From Gracilinanus agilis (Eukaryota): a stretch of DNA of 64,000 nt. Positions 1 to 12,205 of the stretch are shown here, piece by piece. The stretch lies in the NCBI RefSeq assembly GCF_016433145.1, contig NC_058133.1, forward strand, positions 210,206,993-210,270,992. The letters run 5' to 3'. Positions within the stretch are counted from its first letter, which is position 1; each line of letters opens with the position of its first letter. The position numbers and the translations under genes were made by a program. Below the pieces are notes generated by a model that saw only the letters and a program-made list of their open reading frames with translations, had not been told where the DNA came from and searched no databases.

Positions 1-38
1 TGTCTCCTGCAGAAAGAGCCATACGTTGCCAACCCCTG
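1..38 (+). mobile_element. 3' end of a hAT/Charlie MITE (family A), cut by the window edge
   Basis: ...GAAAGAGCCATACGTTGCCAACCCCTG followed by CTCTAGAT; matches the ends of copies at 31242 and 34801. Confidence 0.85.
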
Positions 39-159
39 CTCTAGATTCAAGTCCAGCTACCATGTCACATCCCTTCCTCACCACTCAATAAAATTCTGGG
101 GCTCCCTATCACCCCAGGATCAAATACATGATTCTGTTTGATTTTGAAAGGCTTTCTAC

Positions 160-375
160 CCTTCCAGTCTTACACCTTCCTCTTCTCCACATATGCTATG
201 ATTCAGTGCCATTGGCTTTTTTGCTGTTCCTTGCACAAAACATTCCATATATCCAGACTCTGTGCATTTTCACTGATTATCCCCCATGATCAGCATGCTC
301 TTCTGCTTCATCCTTGTACCCTGGCTTCCATGAAGTGTCAGCTAAAATTCTGTCTTCTGTAAATGGACTTTCCAA
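160..375. mobile_element. Old L2-like fragment
   Basis: Resembles the L2 3' region from memory (GCTGTTCCTTGCACAAAACATTCC...CAGCTAAAATTC). Confidence 0.5.
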
Positions 376-699
376 GATTCTATCGCTAAGGCTATACACT
401 GATAACTATTCTGAAGTCCCAAGTGGTGGAAAAGAGGAGCCATATGGCTGCTAGAGCCCAATCCCAATATGTTTTCCATGGAACCCATGTGTTCCATGCA
501 ACATGAATATATCATCCATCACAAGACTACAATTTCAAAGGTTTCTAGTCATAAAAGGTTATCTACACATAACCAAAGAATGCCTGCCTACAAAATCCTC
601 CAGTACACTTATCCTTCACAAGGTAAACCTTTTTAGTTCTAAATGATTCAAATTGTTAAGATTTTTTTAAAAACTGTACTGAGGCAAAGTCTATCTTCC

Positions 700-1095
700 T
701 ATAACTTCTGCTGACAGTAACTTCTTCAGCCAAGCACAACAGGTCTTTCTTTTGGATAACAGCCCTTCAAATATTTGAAAATTGTTACCATGTTACCTTT
801 AAAGTCTTCTCTTCTTTAGGCTAAATATTCCCACATTCTTCAATGGATCCTTTGATACCATAATTTTGAGGACTCTCACCATAATTCCCACCACTGGGCA
901 AACTCCAGTTTGTTAAAATTTTTTGTAAAAGGTGAAGTTCTGGACTAACCTCTAGATAGACACAATACTCTAGGGTAAGGGGAGAAGGGCACGAGTCACC
1001 TCTTCACTCTGTGGGATACACTTCTTTTAAGGCAGTCTAAGACTACATTAGCTCAATGACTACATCATCACATTGTTGATTCATACTGAGCTTAT
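700..1095 (-). mobile_element. Old CR1/L3-like fragment
   Basis: GCAGTCTAAGACTACATTAGC...CACATTGTTGATTCATACTGAGCTT resembles antisense CR1 ORF2. Confidence 0.5.
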
Positions 1096-1544
1096 ATTTT
1101 AAGAAAATTTAAGAAAAAGAAAATTACTCAGCAAAGAGGCACTTGAGCCAATTCAGAGTATAGCAAAGCAGAGGCATTCCCTCTATATTCCCTCCCCCAT
1201 CTCAGTTTTAACTACCACTTAGGTTTGCAAGAGGGAAAGATCCAGAGGCAAAGTGAAACCTGAGACAAAAGCCACCACTCATCCTTGAGAGCCAACCACC
1301 ACCCACTACTTCCTGTTCTTCTCTATTTCCCCAATATATAAGCTATAAGGTTAAAGTTAAGGAAGAAAGAGGAATTAAAGTTGTAAACTTCACCTTGTGA
1401 TATATTCCTACAACTATCCATTCTTTTGACATTCATAATTCTGCCACAATTTCTTCCTGCCTTGCCTCAATACTGCTAAATAGCCCATGGCTTTCTTTGA
1501 TTGTAGGCTTATGCATTTATAATTTTTTAATCTATGTTTTTTAT

Positions 1545-1723
1545 TTTTTAAAACCTTACTCTCTGTCTTAGAACCAATATTAAGTATTGATTCCAAGGCA
1601 GAAGAGCAGTAAAGGCCAGGCAATTGGGGTGAAGGGACTTGTTGCTGGTCATATAGCTAAGAAGTGTCAGGCCAGATTTGACTCCAAGTCTGGCCTTCTA
1701 TCTACTATTCTATCCAGCTGCCC
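1545..1723 (-). mobile_element. Marsupial SINE1-type CORE-SINE
   Basis: Reverse match to the recurring ~190-bp GGGGCAGCTGGGTAGCTCAGTGG...GAAGGTAAGGGTTTAAAA element. Confidence 0.8.
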
Positions 1724-2251
1724 TTTATCAAAGTATTTTAAGCCCTAATATGTTCCTTGGTCACCTTAACTTGGGAAAGGTTGTCCTGAGGATTAACGGA
1801 TAGCATTTGTTTTGGCATGAATCACAGTAAGGTTAATTTTTGATTATGTATTTATCTGGAAAAGATTGAAAGCAAATGATACATCTCATGCTGACATCCC
1901 CATCACTGCAAGTGCTCCCAGTGCTTTTTCCCACATTGTCAAATAGCATCTTCTCAAGAGATGAAGAGACTTTAATATAAGCCTAAAAATAAAAAGTTGG
2001 AGGAATTGTAGATCTGGTAGTAGGAAAAAACAACATGAAGCTTAACATTCATCATATCTGCACCCCTTGCTCTTAGTACATATAACTAAAATCTGATTAT
2101 ATATACTTTGACTTAGACACATTAGAGGTCATGTCTTCCCCAAAATTTCTAGTACAGCAATTCAAGGTAACCTGTGTGTACCATGCAACTTTTAGCTTCG
2201 TAGTTAAAACACACTCAGAATCATAAGGACATACATTTAGCCACATCTTAC

Positions 2252-2373
2252 CTCATAAAGCCTAGGAAGAGGAGAAGAACTAGGCTAACAAGCCAACCAG
2301 CAGTGGCAAAAGCCTTGGGCATAGTGAGGGCACCAGTGCCCACAATCAGGTTGAACATGTACACCAGTCCAAC
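2252..2373 (-). CDS. TMEM104: TMEM104 second coding exon (122 nt)
   Basis: ttacag acceptor, gtaag donor, translation VGLVYMFNLIVGTGALT... Confidence 0.96.
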
Positions 2374-4246
2374 CTGTAATAGCAGAAAAATGGCATTAAG
2401 GTCATGGTGTTGATTCTCACATGCAATGGCTCCAAGGGTGGAGAAGAACAAATCTCTAAAACTGCTGCAAAGTCTGTGTAGAAGGAATTTGTCCTGAAAC
2501 CAGAGTCCTCCAGGAAACTTGCACTACATTCAGTCAGGAAGTCCTATCTTTTTTTTTTCCCCCAAATGTTCCTCATAACCACACTTTCCTTTTTACTATG
2601 ATTACTATAACCAGGGTAGCTAAGTGACTCAGTGGATAGAGAGTCAGGGCTAGAGACAGGAAGTCCTGGGTTTAAATCTGACCTCAGATATTTCCTAGCT
2701 GTGTGACCCTGGGCAAGTCACTTAAACCCAATTTCCTAGCCCTTACAGCTCTTCTGCCTTGGAACTGATACTTAGTATCAATTCTAAGATCAAAGGTAAG
2801 GGTTTAAAAAAAAAACAAATGAACTACTATAACCCTGGTCTAAATTCTAATCAGCTCATGCCTGGATTACTCTATCAGTCTACTTGCCTCCAGTTTCTTC
2901 CCTACTCCAATTTATTCTATTACAAGTGTTGCCAAATTTGCTTCCTTCCTCTCTTTTCTTGGAATACTGATTATGTAAAGTTTTACTTGTGAATGAGCAC
3001 TCCCCAGGGGCTATTCACCAACTACACAGACATTATGAGATTCATAATTAAACCCAGCCTAAGGAAGGCCATTTTCAGTATTCTGAAAAAGAAACATTTC
3101 ATCATTTCTTCCCTTTATGGAATATTTTCTTTGTCAAACAACTGGCTTTTCCTTTTTCCAGTAAACTCTAAGGGCAATAAATTGAAATTGAGCTTCTAGA
3201 ATGTCATTCATAGTTGCAAATGTTCAAGGTCCTTGCTTGATGAATACCCAAACGAACTCATGAAAATGCTAACAATTGTATTTCAATGGTAAATAAATCA
3301 CATTTTCGCCCAAAGCTAACACAACAGAAACTCTGGGCAGAGTTGAAAAACAAGGCATAGAATAGGGCACTCTACAATGGGTTAAAATCACAAGAGTATC
3401 CAGAAAGAAGACCTTACCACCTTCCAAGAAAACCCATTCTACATTTATCTAGGTGACAATGTGAATTTATCACCAAGATGATTCTGGGTAAATAACTTAT
3501 TCAGCTAGTTAAAAGGGTTGGCCTGGAAATGTAATCACAACCACCCAGAGCAAATAAACTTAATATCTTGGAAAGAATTAACATAAGCATTAGTCAGTCC
3601 ATTGGAAGTGCCAGTTCTATCAATGCCACCTAAAACTTAAACCCTCTATATGTGCCCCAGGGCCTCTTATACCATCTAAGGCAAAGGTTGTACAGATTCA
3701 GTTTACTACAGACCTAAGTCTGTAAGGCTGAAAAAGACCAAGAGATAAGCAAAATGCTTGTCAGTTACTAAAAATCTTAACATACATTTTGTCAAGGGCT
3801 GGTATATATGGTATTATCATATACAACATTGTCAAATCCTATCTATTATTCCTACTATTAGACAAGGATAAATAAAATTCATTAACTCCTAAGGGGACAG
3901 GACACACAGAAACACTCTACGATTATAATCTGACTGAAAGAGAAACACAAGATACTGCAAATATATCAAAACCACCTGATTGCATAGAAGTCACACAAGT
4001 TCCCAGCTTTTACTCCACACATAGTAGATGCACAATAAATATGTTAAATTGAAGTAATAAGTTATTCTTCTTTCTTTCCCTAGAGGCTATCCACTTCAGT
4101 AGCCAATATGCTTAGTCCACTTCCTGAGGGACCATGAGTCTAGGTTGTTTAGAGGTAGATATTTTCCAAGGCAACTCAAATGTCCTAAAAATAATACTTA
4201 CATAGGGAGAATAAAGGTCCCCAGTTTCTGTGATTCCACCAGCCAT
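2252..4246 (-). CDS. TMEM104: Transmembrane protein 104 (amino-acid transporter-like), 5' partial; coding exons 4202-4246 and 2252-2373; gene continues off the left edge
   Basis: Joined translation MAGGITETGDLYSPY|VGLVYMFNLIVGTGALTMPKAFATAGWLVSLVLLLFLGFM matches the TMEM104 N-terminus; GT-AG boundaries; head-to-head with NAT9 as in eutherians. Confidence 0.96.
2612..2815 (+). mobile_element. SINE1-type element in TMEM104 intron
   Basis: Full-length match with A-rich tail. Confidence 0.85.
4202..4246 (-). CDS. TMEM104: TMEM104 first coding exon segment (MAGGITETGDLYSPY)
   Basis: ATG at 4246-4244, 45 nt, followed by GTAAG donor; probable acceptor at about 4319-4326 (tandem CAGs). Confidence 0.93.
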
Positions 4247-5049
4247 GTTTAAGATGGGTAGAAAAGTTCTTGAAGCTCAGGCTATGGAGTTGGGATTCTT
4301 TCTTTGAGGTGGCATCAACTGCTGCTGTCATCATCAAAACAAAAAAGGACTAGATGATTTCTTGTAGTATTCAGCAAGAGGAACTCCAGACTCCCTTCCC
4401 CTTACTCCCATTCCCCTTTGGCCCACAGATAGTCACCCTGGGTAGGATCATTCTGTCTGTACTGATAATTACTATGAGGGCTACTTGACGGCTGGCTCTT
4501 TATCCACTAGGTTATGCTACTTAAGGCATTATTCACAGTATGTGTAATACAAGTAAATGTGTATCAATGTTATATATGTTATAGATATGTAGTTACATTA
4601 TATATCATCAGTTGGTAAGCATTTACTTAGTATCTTCTACACTCCTGGTATCTCTGCTAAGCCCTGGAGATAGAAAAAGTGGCAAAAGTCAACCCCTTGC
4701 CCTCAAGAATCTATGGGGAGAATCTATGCCTTACAATCTATGGGGAGGAGGGGAGGGACAACTTGTAAACAAATAAGTATATAGAAATTTCTCATTTTTC
4801 CTGTCCTCTACCCAGTTCACAAGACAAAGATTTCACCAATGTGGTGGACTCCCTGGGTGGGAACTCTCTTCAGCAACACAGGATCACTCTAGTCTCTGAC
4901 TTAGCAGAGAAGTCCTAAAGTGGCAACGAGACAACCGCCCAGGACCATGTGGCCAGTGTCAGCTGCACCCAGGTCTTACTGCCTGCAAGCCCACCATGCC
5001 ACGCTGCAAACAACATGTGCTCAATCCAAGCCACAGATCCTACGATGCT

Positions 5050-5760
5050 CCCCAGCTTCGGCCCGGTCCCGCCGAGCCTCCCCTTACACCAAATGCTCGC
5101 GTCCAGGTCTCTGTTCCTCGTTGCTCCGGCTCCAGCTCCCACATTCCCAGCGGGCCGCGGCCTGTGTCTACCCCGCCCCGCTTCTCCTTTCCAGCCTGGG
5201 GCTCAAGAGGCAGTTAGTGATGCAGGGGCCGGGTACCAGAGAGCAGTTCCCTCGGCCCCACCTCGCCCTCGCCCCCGCCCCCGCCGCTGACTCCACAGGC
5301 CCGGCAGGGTGATCTACCCAGAAGTCGTCTTCCGCACAGAGACTGCGCATAGCGAGACCACCTTTTCCGTACACGTCCAGTCACGGGAGAAGTGGGGAGG
5401 AACGGAGGCGAAGCGGGGGTCACGGATTGGCTCCAGCGAAGGAGAGAGGGCGGGACCAGGGCGGAGGCAGAGCGGCGGAAATGCAGTCTGTCCTGGTGTA
5501 CGCACGTTTGGGATCGTGGCTCGGCTCCGGGAACCGGCTCTGACTAGTGGACCAGAACCTTGACGGTGGGAGCGGGCGCCGGGGTCCGAGGCTGGGGGCG
5601 ATGGGAAGGCGGCTCGGGGACAGCACCGGAGGCCAGGGGGAGGGATCAGCTTTGGGACGGGGCTTGGCCGCGGCCAATCTGACGAGGTTGGAGCCCCGGG
5701 ATGGAAAGTCTATTGACCCTGAAGTCTTTGCTGTTTCCGGGACTTGCCTAGAAGACCGAC
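5050..5760. promoter_or_regulatory. CpG island / bidirectional promoter for TMEM104 (-) and NAT9 (+)
   Basis: Sharp CpG/GC enrichment between two divergent genes; GC boxes (about 5171-5181, 5270-5284), ETS-type CGGAA cores, CCAAT/ATTGG boxes, TGCGCA NRF1-like half site near 5344. Confidence 0.85.
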
Positions 5761-6753
5761 TTGTTCTTCACGTTTTTTGAATAGATTGGACTGGGGGAAA
5801 GGTTCTGCCTTTGCCACCACCCAGCTGTGAGTCTTCGGACAAGTCGGATTTAACCTCTGGGCCTCAGTTTGCTCACTTATTAAATGGACTGGGAAATGGA
5901 GGCAAAAGTGTAGTGATCCATGCAAATGAGATTGTTACTAATATTGATAATAAAAATATGTATTATTACATGGACACAAAAATGTAAAGCATAAAGTCCC
6001 TCATGCAAGCCGTAGGTATAGGTACTGCACTTATAATTTCATTGCTATAGAGCTCTCTCTACAAATGCAGGCGGTACCTTCGGAGCATTTTATCCCAGAA
6101 TTATTTAAAGTCCTAAGAGGTTGGTCGACTTCCCCAAAGGTCACACAGTGAGTATCAGAGGATACACCAGTGAGTATCAGAGGAGGAACCTGAACCTAAG
6201 AGAACCTCTCTATCCATAGTCCATGCTACCTCTCATGCAAATAAAGCCTTATTCAGATTCTGGGGAATATGTGGCAATGTTAACTATAGTCAGTCAATCA
6301 GTAAGCATTTATTAGCCGCTTACTACATGCCAAGCACCTTGCTAAACTCAGGGGATACAAAAAGAGGCAAAAGACACTCCAGGAGCTTATAGTCTAATGG
6401 GAGAGACAACATTTCAATTCAGTAAACTTTATTAAGCTCCTGCTATGTGCTAAGCACTGTGGAAAAGACAGCCCTTGTCCACAAGGAACTTACAATTTAA
6501 TAGGATAGACAATATGCAAGTAAGTATATACAAAGCAAGCTATATACAGGATAAGTGGGAAATAATTAATAGGGAAAGCAATGAAATTAAGAGAGATTTA
6601 GGGATGGTGATAATATTAATAAACCAGTCTGGGGGTTGTTTGACTTTCAGGATGTTGGCCACATAAAGAAAGGGCTGGAAGGGGAGCAATTTTACCAAGA
6701 GGAAATCCCTTGAGGATCTTGTATTTGCCTGATTGCATCTTTTTGGTGTAACC

Positions 6754-6830
6754 ATGAGGGTGAATCAAAACACAATGCTGCTGGGACAGAAGGTGATCCT
6801 GGTACCCTACACCAGGGAGCATGTACCCAG
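6754..6830 (+). CDS. NAT9: NAT9 coding exon 1
   Basis: accATGa start; CAG|GTAATA donor. Confidence 0.95.
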
Positions 6831-9800
6831 GTAATACCCCCTCCTACTGTCTGTGAGTTGTAACCATTATCACCCACATAATATAATGTCAAGTCAACAA
6901 AAATTTATTAAACATTTAATTGGGGGGAAAAAAGCAAAAAGAGCCCCTAAACTCCCAAATATTTATTAAATGCCTATTGTATGTTGGACACAGTACTAAG
7001 TGCTAGAATTACGAAGAAAGATAAACAGTCCAGGCTCTCAAAGAGTTCACAGTCTAATGTTATAATATAATGTACATATTGATATGTAGGGATTATTTTA
7101 GATTCTGTACCTTTCTGGCGACCATACCTTAAATATCTAGTCTCCCCTCTTACACCTTCAAAACATAACTCAGCTCTTTATATAGAACTAGGTCTTAACT
7201 GATTCCCTCAGACTCCCTCTTAAAACTAATTCATATGTACTTTGAATTTATTTATCTGTGGTTATGTTGGATTTCCCTCAACCCCCTTTCTTAGACACAC
7301 CACTGCCCAGCAGAATGTAAAGTTCCTTGACAACAGGGACTTTCATTTCTCTCTCTTTTGTCTTCATATACCCATTTCCTAGCATAGTGTCTTGTAATAG
7401 GAACTTAGTAAATATTTGAGGAATAGAATTGAGTACCCCAGAACTAACCCTGAACTTCAAGAATGTAGAGAACTTAAAGGAACAAAAGAAAAGCCTCATT
7501 CTTTTTTTTCTGAAATGGACATTGGTCACATGAAATAATTTTTTAAAGGGAACTACAAAAGGAAACCACATGTGAGGTGGAAGACCCACTTGTGACCCCA
7601 CGAGTAAGTACTTCCTTCCCTATTAACACACTTGATTTCATTTTTCACTCTCAGGCCTTTTAGAAGGTGTTTTACACAAAACTTAGATAAATTTCCTTGA
7701 AAGTCATCCACATTATTGGATGACTTTAGAGCATTTTAGAAGACTGAATCAGCATTTTCATCCTGGAAAATGTAAGCCCCTTAAGGGAAGGGGCTATCTT
7801 ATTTAGTCTTTGCATCTCTAGTACAATTGAATTGAATTGCAGTGAGTATTTGGAGTGACTTCCCCCACCACTGATGAAATGGTGGATTTTTCGATGTGTG
7901 ACAAAGGAGAAAAAAGAACTTGCCCTCTCATTCCTGATTGTCAGTAATGTTTTGTTGGTGTCAGTGATAAAGCTCACTTCCCGAAATCCTGACCTCAACC
8001 TGTCTGACGTTCCTGACACTTACATTAACATTAGATTAATTTTAAAAGCCAGTACAGTTTCTGACTGCAGAATTTATTCCCTTAAGGGAGCAACTGGTGG
8101 ATTGTGAAAACCTGCATTGCTTGTACTTCTCCAGTAAGGGATTAGGAGCAGATATGAACCAAACCATTGGAAAGAGTTGGTTGTGGCCTAACTTCATGGA
8201 CACTTGCCCAGTGACTTTGAAAAGGTCAACTTACCATGCTTTACTTTCATTCAGGAATTTCTGGAATGTTTGTACCTTAGGCCGACCCTCTCATAATTTC
8301 TTCTAAGAGACAGGAAGGTAGACTGAGCTGATCCTTTTGTATGACCTCCTAGGACTGGCCTAACCTCACTGGCTAGTGCCCTTCGTCTTATCCTTTGTGG
8401 GTAGCTCAGAGCCCTTCCATTGGTCCTTTTCCTAACCCCTTGACAAACAACTTTATGTAATGTAATGCTCTTTGAGCATTCTTACCACCTACAACTCCCA
8501 CAGAGTTCCTGGCATAGCCATTGGCCCAGGTTACCTCATTTCTTAAATTTTGCTTAATTTTTCCTCAGATATCATGAGTGGATGAAGTCAGAGGAGCTGC
8601 AGCGGCTGACAGCCTCAGAGCCTCTCACTCTGGAGCAGGAGTATGCAATGCAGCACAGCTGGCGAGAAGATACTGATAGTGAGGCATTGAGGGCAGGGGT
8701 GTGGAGAGACTTATGGGAAGCCTGAGTTCCTATGCTGTCATGGTCTTCCTTGGTGGCTCTTTGGGAGTTGTCTATTTACTTCTCCTCAGCATTTTTCTCA
8801 ATTTGCTCAGATATTACAGTCTGAAAAAAAGTGGAAGGGGATTCTTTTGAGCTTGACTCTTTCAGGTAGGAGGCAGTGAGTCTAGGAATGGTTTAGAGAC
8901 AGCAAATCTGCTTTCTTCAGACCCCAAATCTAAGCACATATCTTCATCAGCTAGCATGACTGTGCTTTCTTCTCCAAACCTGCTGAACATGACTATATTT
9001 GGAGAATGCCTGGGTTTTTCATGCCACTAACAAGCTTAAGGTTTATCTGAAAGAGGCTCTGGGCCTTACTGTCTCCAGAGGCTAGGAGAACATTGCTATC
9101 TTTGGGGAGAGAGTGGGAAGATACATTTTGGAGATCTGGTTTACAAGTCAAAACCTCATCTGTCCACCAGAATGTACCTTCATTGTACTGGATGCAGAGA
9201 AATGGCAGGCACATCGAGATTCAGCTGAAGAAAACTGCATGGTGGGAGATGTGAACCTGTTTCTTGCTGACTTACAGGATCCAACTTTGGGGGAGATTGA
9301 AGTCATGATTGCTGGTATGATTCATCTTGCCTTACTGTTTCCCTTGTTTTTCATCTCCTAACATTGCCCTAATCTCTTCTTCTTGGTCCCCAGTCTTTGA
9401 AGCCAATTGGGTCCTTAATTATCCTGGAGAGCTTTGGGCTGAGACTCAGGTAGCTGGCTGGGTCCAGGGTGGCTATTGGCATATAGACAATATACCATTG
9501 TCTATTTCTAGGAGACGTTCACCTAAACAGTGGTGGCCCTTCAAAGTGTCTTGACACCTTAATCTCAACTTTTGTTGCCTTCCCTTCTTCATGAGATAAT
9601 AGAATTATAAGGGAATTCCCATATAGTCCAACCCCATTATTTTATAGATAAGAGAAATTGAGCCTTAGAGCAATGATATGATTTGTCTAAGCTCTCCTTG
9701 GTAATCACTCACAGGAATAGGATCTAAATCTGTTTTCTGATGCCACTGCCACCCTGTCTAAAGTGCCAGAGCTCTTCTTGCTTTTATGGATCAGGACTTT

Positions 9801-10611
9801 GGATCAGGAATAGACATTCTGAAGGCTTCCCCAGAACCAGGAAGTCAGGAGCCTTTCCCCCTACTTCTCAAATCCAGCATCTCCCAAAAGAATCACTCCC
9901 ATCTCTCCTGTTTCCTGCAGAGCCCAGCTATCGAAGAAAGGGGTTTGGCACAGAGGCAGTTCTGATGATGATGGCTTATGGTAAGGATGAAGGACCCAGT
10001 CAGTGGAGCTGTGTATTTGGGGGGTGGTGGAGGGGATGGAGTGGGGTGGTGTAAATATTTGGTCTAGGATGAAGAAGTGTTGACTTAGATTTAGACCTAG
10101 CTTTTACACTGCTGGGTCATAAGCTAGTGACTGAATATTCACTGCTTCCCACTGATAAGGTTCCATTGAAGCCTAGGAGAGAGGAGCCAGACCTGAGGAG
10201 AAAGGGAAAGGGAATGCTTTTTTTGTTTTGTCATTAAAATGTTTGTTCCTTTTTTTCTGCCATACCTTGGAAGGAGTGACCATGTTAGGTCTCAACAAGT
10301 TTGAAGCTAAAATTGGACAAGGCAATGAGCCTAGTATATGCATGTTTAAAAAGCTTCACTTTGAGCAGGTAAGAATATCAGATGGGGAGGGGTTGGAAAG
10401 TATGAATATGGGGGTGAGGAGGTGCCAGTGTTAAGTTCAGTGGTTAGAAACTGAATCCTAATTTTCTTTTCCTTTCATCACATAGGTGGCTATAAACAAC
10501 ATCTTTGAAGAGGTGATACTGAGGCTACTGGTGAGTGAGCCAGAGAGGCAGTGGCTTCTGGAACAGACCAGCCATGTAGAAGAGAAGCAGTACAGAGACA
10601 GGAGCTGGTAA
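6754..10611 (+). CDS. NAT9: N-acetyltransferase 9 (GNAT family); join 6754-6830, 8569-8678, 9171-9314, 9921-9980, 10274-10368, 10486-10611; 203 aa
   Basis: MRVNQNTMLLGQKVILVPYTREHVPRYHEWMKSEELQRLTASEPLTLEQEYAMQ...EPSYRRKGFGTEA...EEKQYRDRSW*; acetyl-CoA binding R-x-x-G-x-G motif; all introns GT-AG with continuous frame. Confidence 0.97.
8569..8678 (+). CDS. NAT9: NAT9 coding exon 2
   Basis: ttcctcag acceptor; YHEWMKSEELQRLTASEPL; GTGAG donor. Confidence 0.96.
9171..9314 (+). CDS. NAT9: NAT9 coding exon 3
   Basis: ccaccag acceptor; CTFIVLDAEKW...GEIEVMIA; GTATGA donor. Confidence 0.96.
9921..9980 (+). CDS. NAT9: NAT9 coding exon 4
   Basis: cctgcag acceptor; EPSYRRKGFGTEAVLMMMAY; GTAAG donor. 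Confidence 0.96.
10274..10368 (+). CDS. NAT9: NAT9 coding exon 5
   Basis: AAG acceptor after a pyrimidine tract; GVTMLGLNKFEAKIGQGNEPSI; GTAAG donor. Confidence 0.93.
10486..10611 (+). CDS. NAT9: NAT9 last coding exon
   Basis: cacatag acceptor; VAINNIFEEVILRL...RDRSW, stop TAA 10609-10611. Confidence 0.95.
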   Translation: MAINNIFEEVILRLLVSEPERQWLLEQTSHVEEKQYRDRSW

Positions 10612-11226
10612 TTGGCAAAGCTGACCATTGATCATCTTCCTGGGAGCCTTACTAGCCTGCCTGGTCTTGTAAGAAAGACTCTTGGGGGAAATCTAAGCTA
10701 TACACTCCCAGCCTCTCCTACAAGGACTGGGCCTTTACAATCCTACTTTACTCAAAGGCTGGTCAGGAAAACTTATTCTCTCCAGATGTCCTGTAGATCG
10801 CTGGACTTCATTGAACTTGGCTTTTGCTGAACTAATGACATAGGATCACAATGAAATCCTTCATGGATCTCTTCTCCCCTGAGGCACAGTGTTAGGAATA
10901 GATACTGGCAGAAACCAGATCTAGACCAGAATTCAGAGAAGCCTGAAGAGCTGCCGGAGTTTGGAAAAGAAGGGAGGAACCCAGAGGAATCGTTGGAACT
11001 GGCCCTGTGACCTGGACTGAGTCAGAGGACTTTGGGGCTCTCTCTGGTTTCTCTTTGCTCCCAGCCTCATGGCACACTGACCCCTGGCATGTGTGTAGGC
11101 CCTGATGTCAAGTTCCAGTCAGTAGCACTGAGGGGAGTTAAGATTACCGCTGCACTAGAACCGAGCTTTCCTGCCTAGAATAGTACTCAAGCCCAACCCT
11201 GGCCTTATCTGCTGCTCTCTATACGA

Positions 11227-11242
11227 CCACCAGGGGGCAGTG
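11227..11242 (+). promoter_or_regulatory. Candidate CTCF site (CCACCAGGGGGCAGTG) downstream of the NAT9 stop
   Basis: Near-perfect match to the CTCF core motif CCASYAGRKGGCRS, outside recognisable repeats. Confidence 0.6.
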
Positions 11243-12195
11243 GAGGAGCAATCCCAGATAGCCTGACCTGAGCGGGGAGTCCAAACAAGATGCTGGAGAT
11301 AGAAGGGCTCTATAGTGCTCAGAAGTAGGGAAACCATCCCCAGAATGGCTATGGCCTCTTCTGGCCATCCTGAAATACTGGGGGCTGTTCCCAATATATT
11401 AAAAAACACAAGCATCTCCTGAGTTTGATTACTTATCCAAAAATGGGAGGCCTTGGAGCATTAATATCTTGACAGGTAGGGGAAGAATAAAAATCCACAC
11501 CCTCCATCTATTTCAGGCCATCTTTGAACTGAACTCAGTCTCCACCCTACCTCAGCCACTCCACCCCATTCTTGGCTTAGCCAAAGAACCCCCAGGGCAC
11601 ATATTTCTCCCTTATGCTGGTATGTGAAGCTGGGAGGGGCCCTGATCCCATACAGTTCCTGACAGTCTTCACATTTAATAGCCAGAAGTTTTCAAACAGT
11701 AGCGATTGGGATTTGGAGCCAAAAGGTTGAAGAGTGGGTTAGGCTTGAATGCCCAACTTCCAGCTTCTAACCCAATTTATGGTCTTGACAGTTTTGCAGA
11801 CATAGCCAACAGTGCTGCTTTTGAGCCCCTTGGGAGAATTACAATCTTTAAACATAGTTTAGTCTTTGACCTGCCGTTTACTCTTGGGATTTAAGAGCTG
11901 GAAAGGCCCTTAAAGATGTTCTAATCAACCCCTATCATCATTTTAAGATGGGGCAATTGACACCCAGGGAGTTCCTTCTCCAAGTTAAATAAAGCGGATT
12001 ACAGCAGCTAAATACAACTTGTAGAATGCTTCCCCTTTCTCTGCACATTTAGAGAAGGGACTGGGCCAGAGTCAGAGAAGAGCATTGAACCTTCTTTGCT
12101 CCTTTTCCCATGAAATGGACCCCAAAGCCAGTTACCACTGTAGATATTACAAGTCCCACCCGAGCATATTCCCAGACTCCAGTAACTTCTCATTT

Positions 12196-12205
12196 AATAA
12201 ATAAA
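12196..12205 (+). terminator. Candidate NAT9 polyadenylation signal (overlapping AATAAA x2); an alternative AATAAA lies at 11486-11491
   Basis: AATAAATAAA on the NAT9 sense strand downstream of the stop. Confidence 0.4.

Noticed and set aside
1-2251. Next TMEM104 exon
   Set aside because: No segment encoding the expected TTTFVIEAMAAANA-like sequence; the region is old LINE and SINE debris
4915-5780. Many overlapping ORFs on both strands
   Set aside because: Expected stop-codon scarcity in a CpG island; no recognisable domains
6144-6184. 17-bp tandem duplication CAGTGAGTATCAGAGGA
   Set aside because: Ordinary slippage inside a MIR-like repeat
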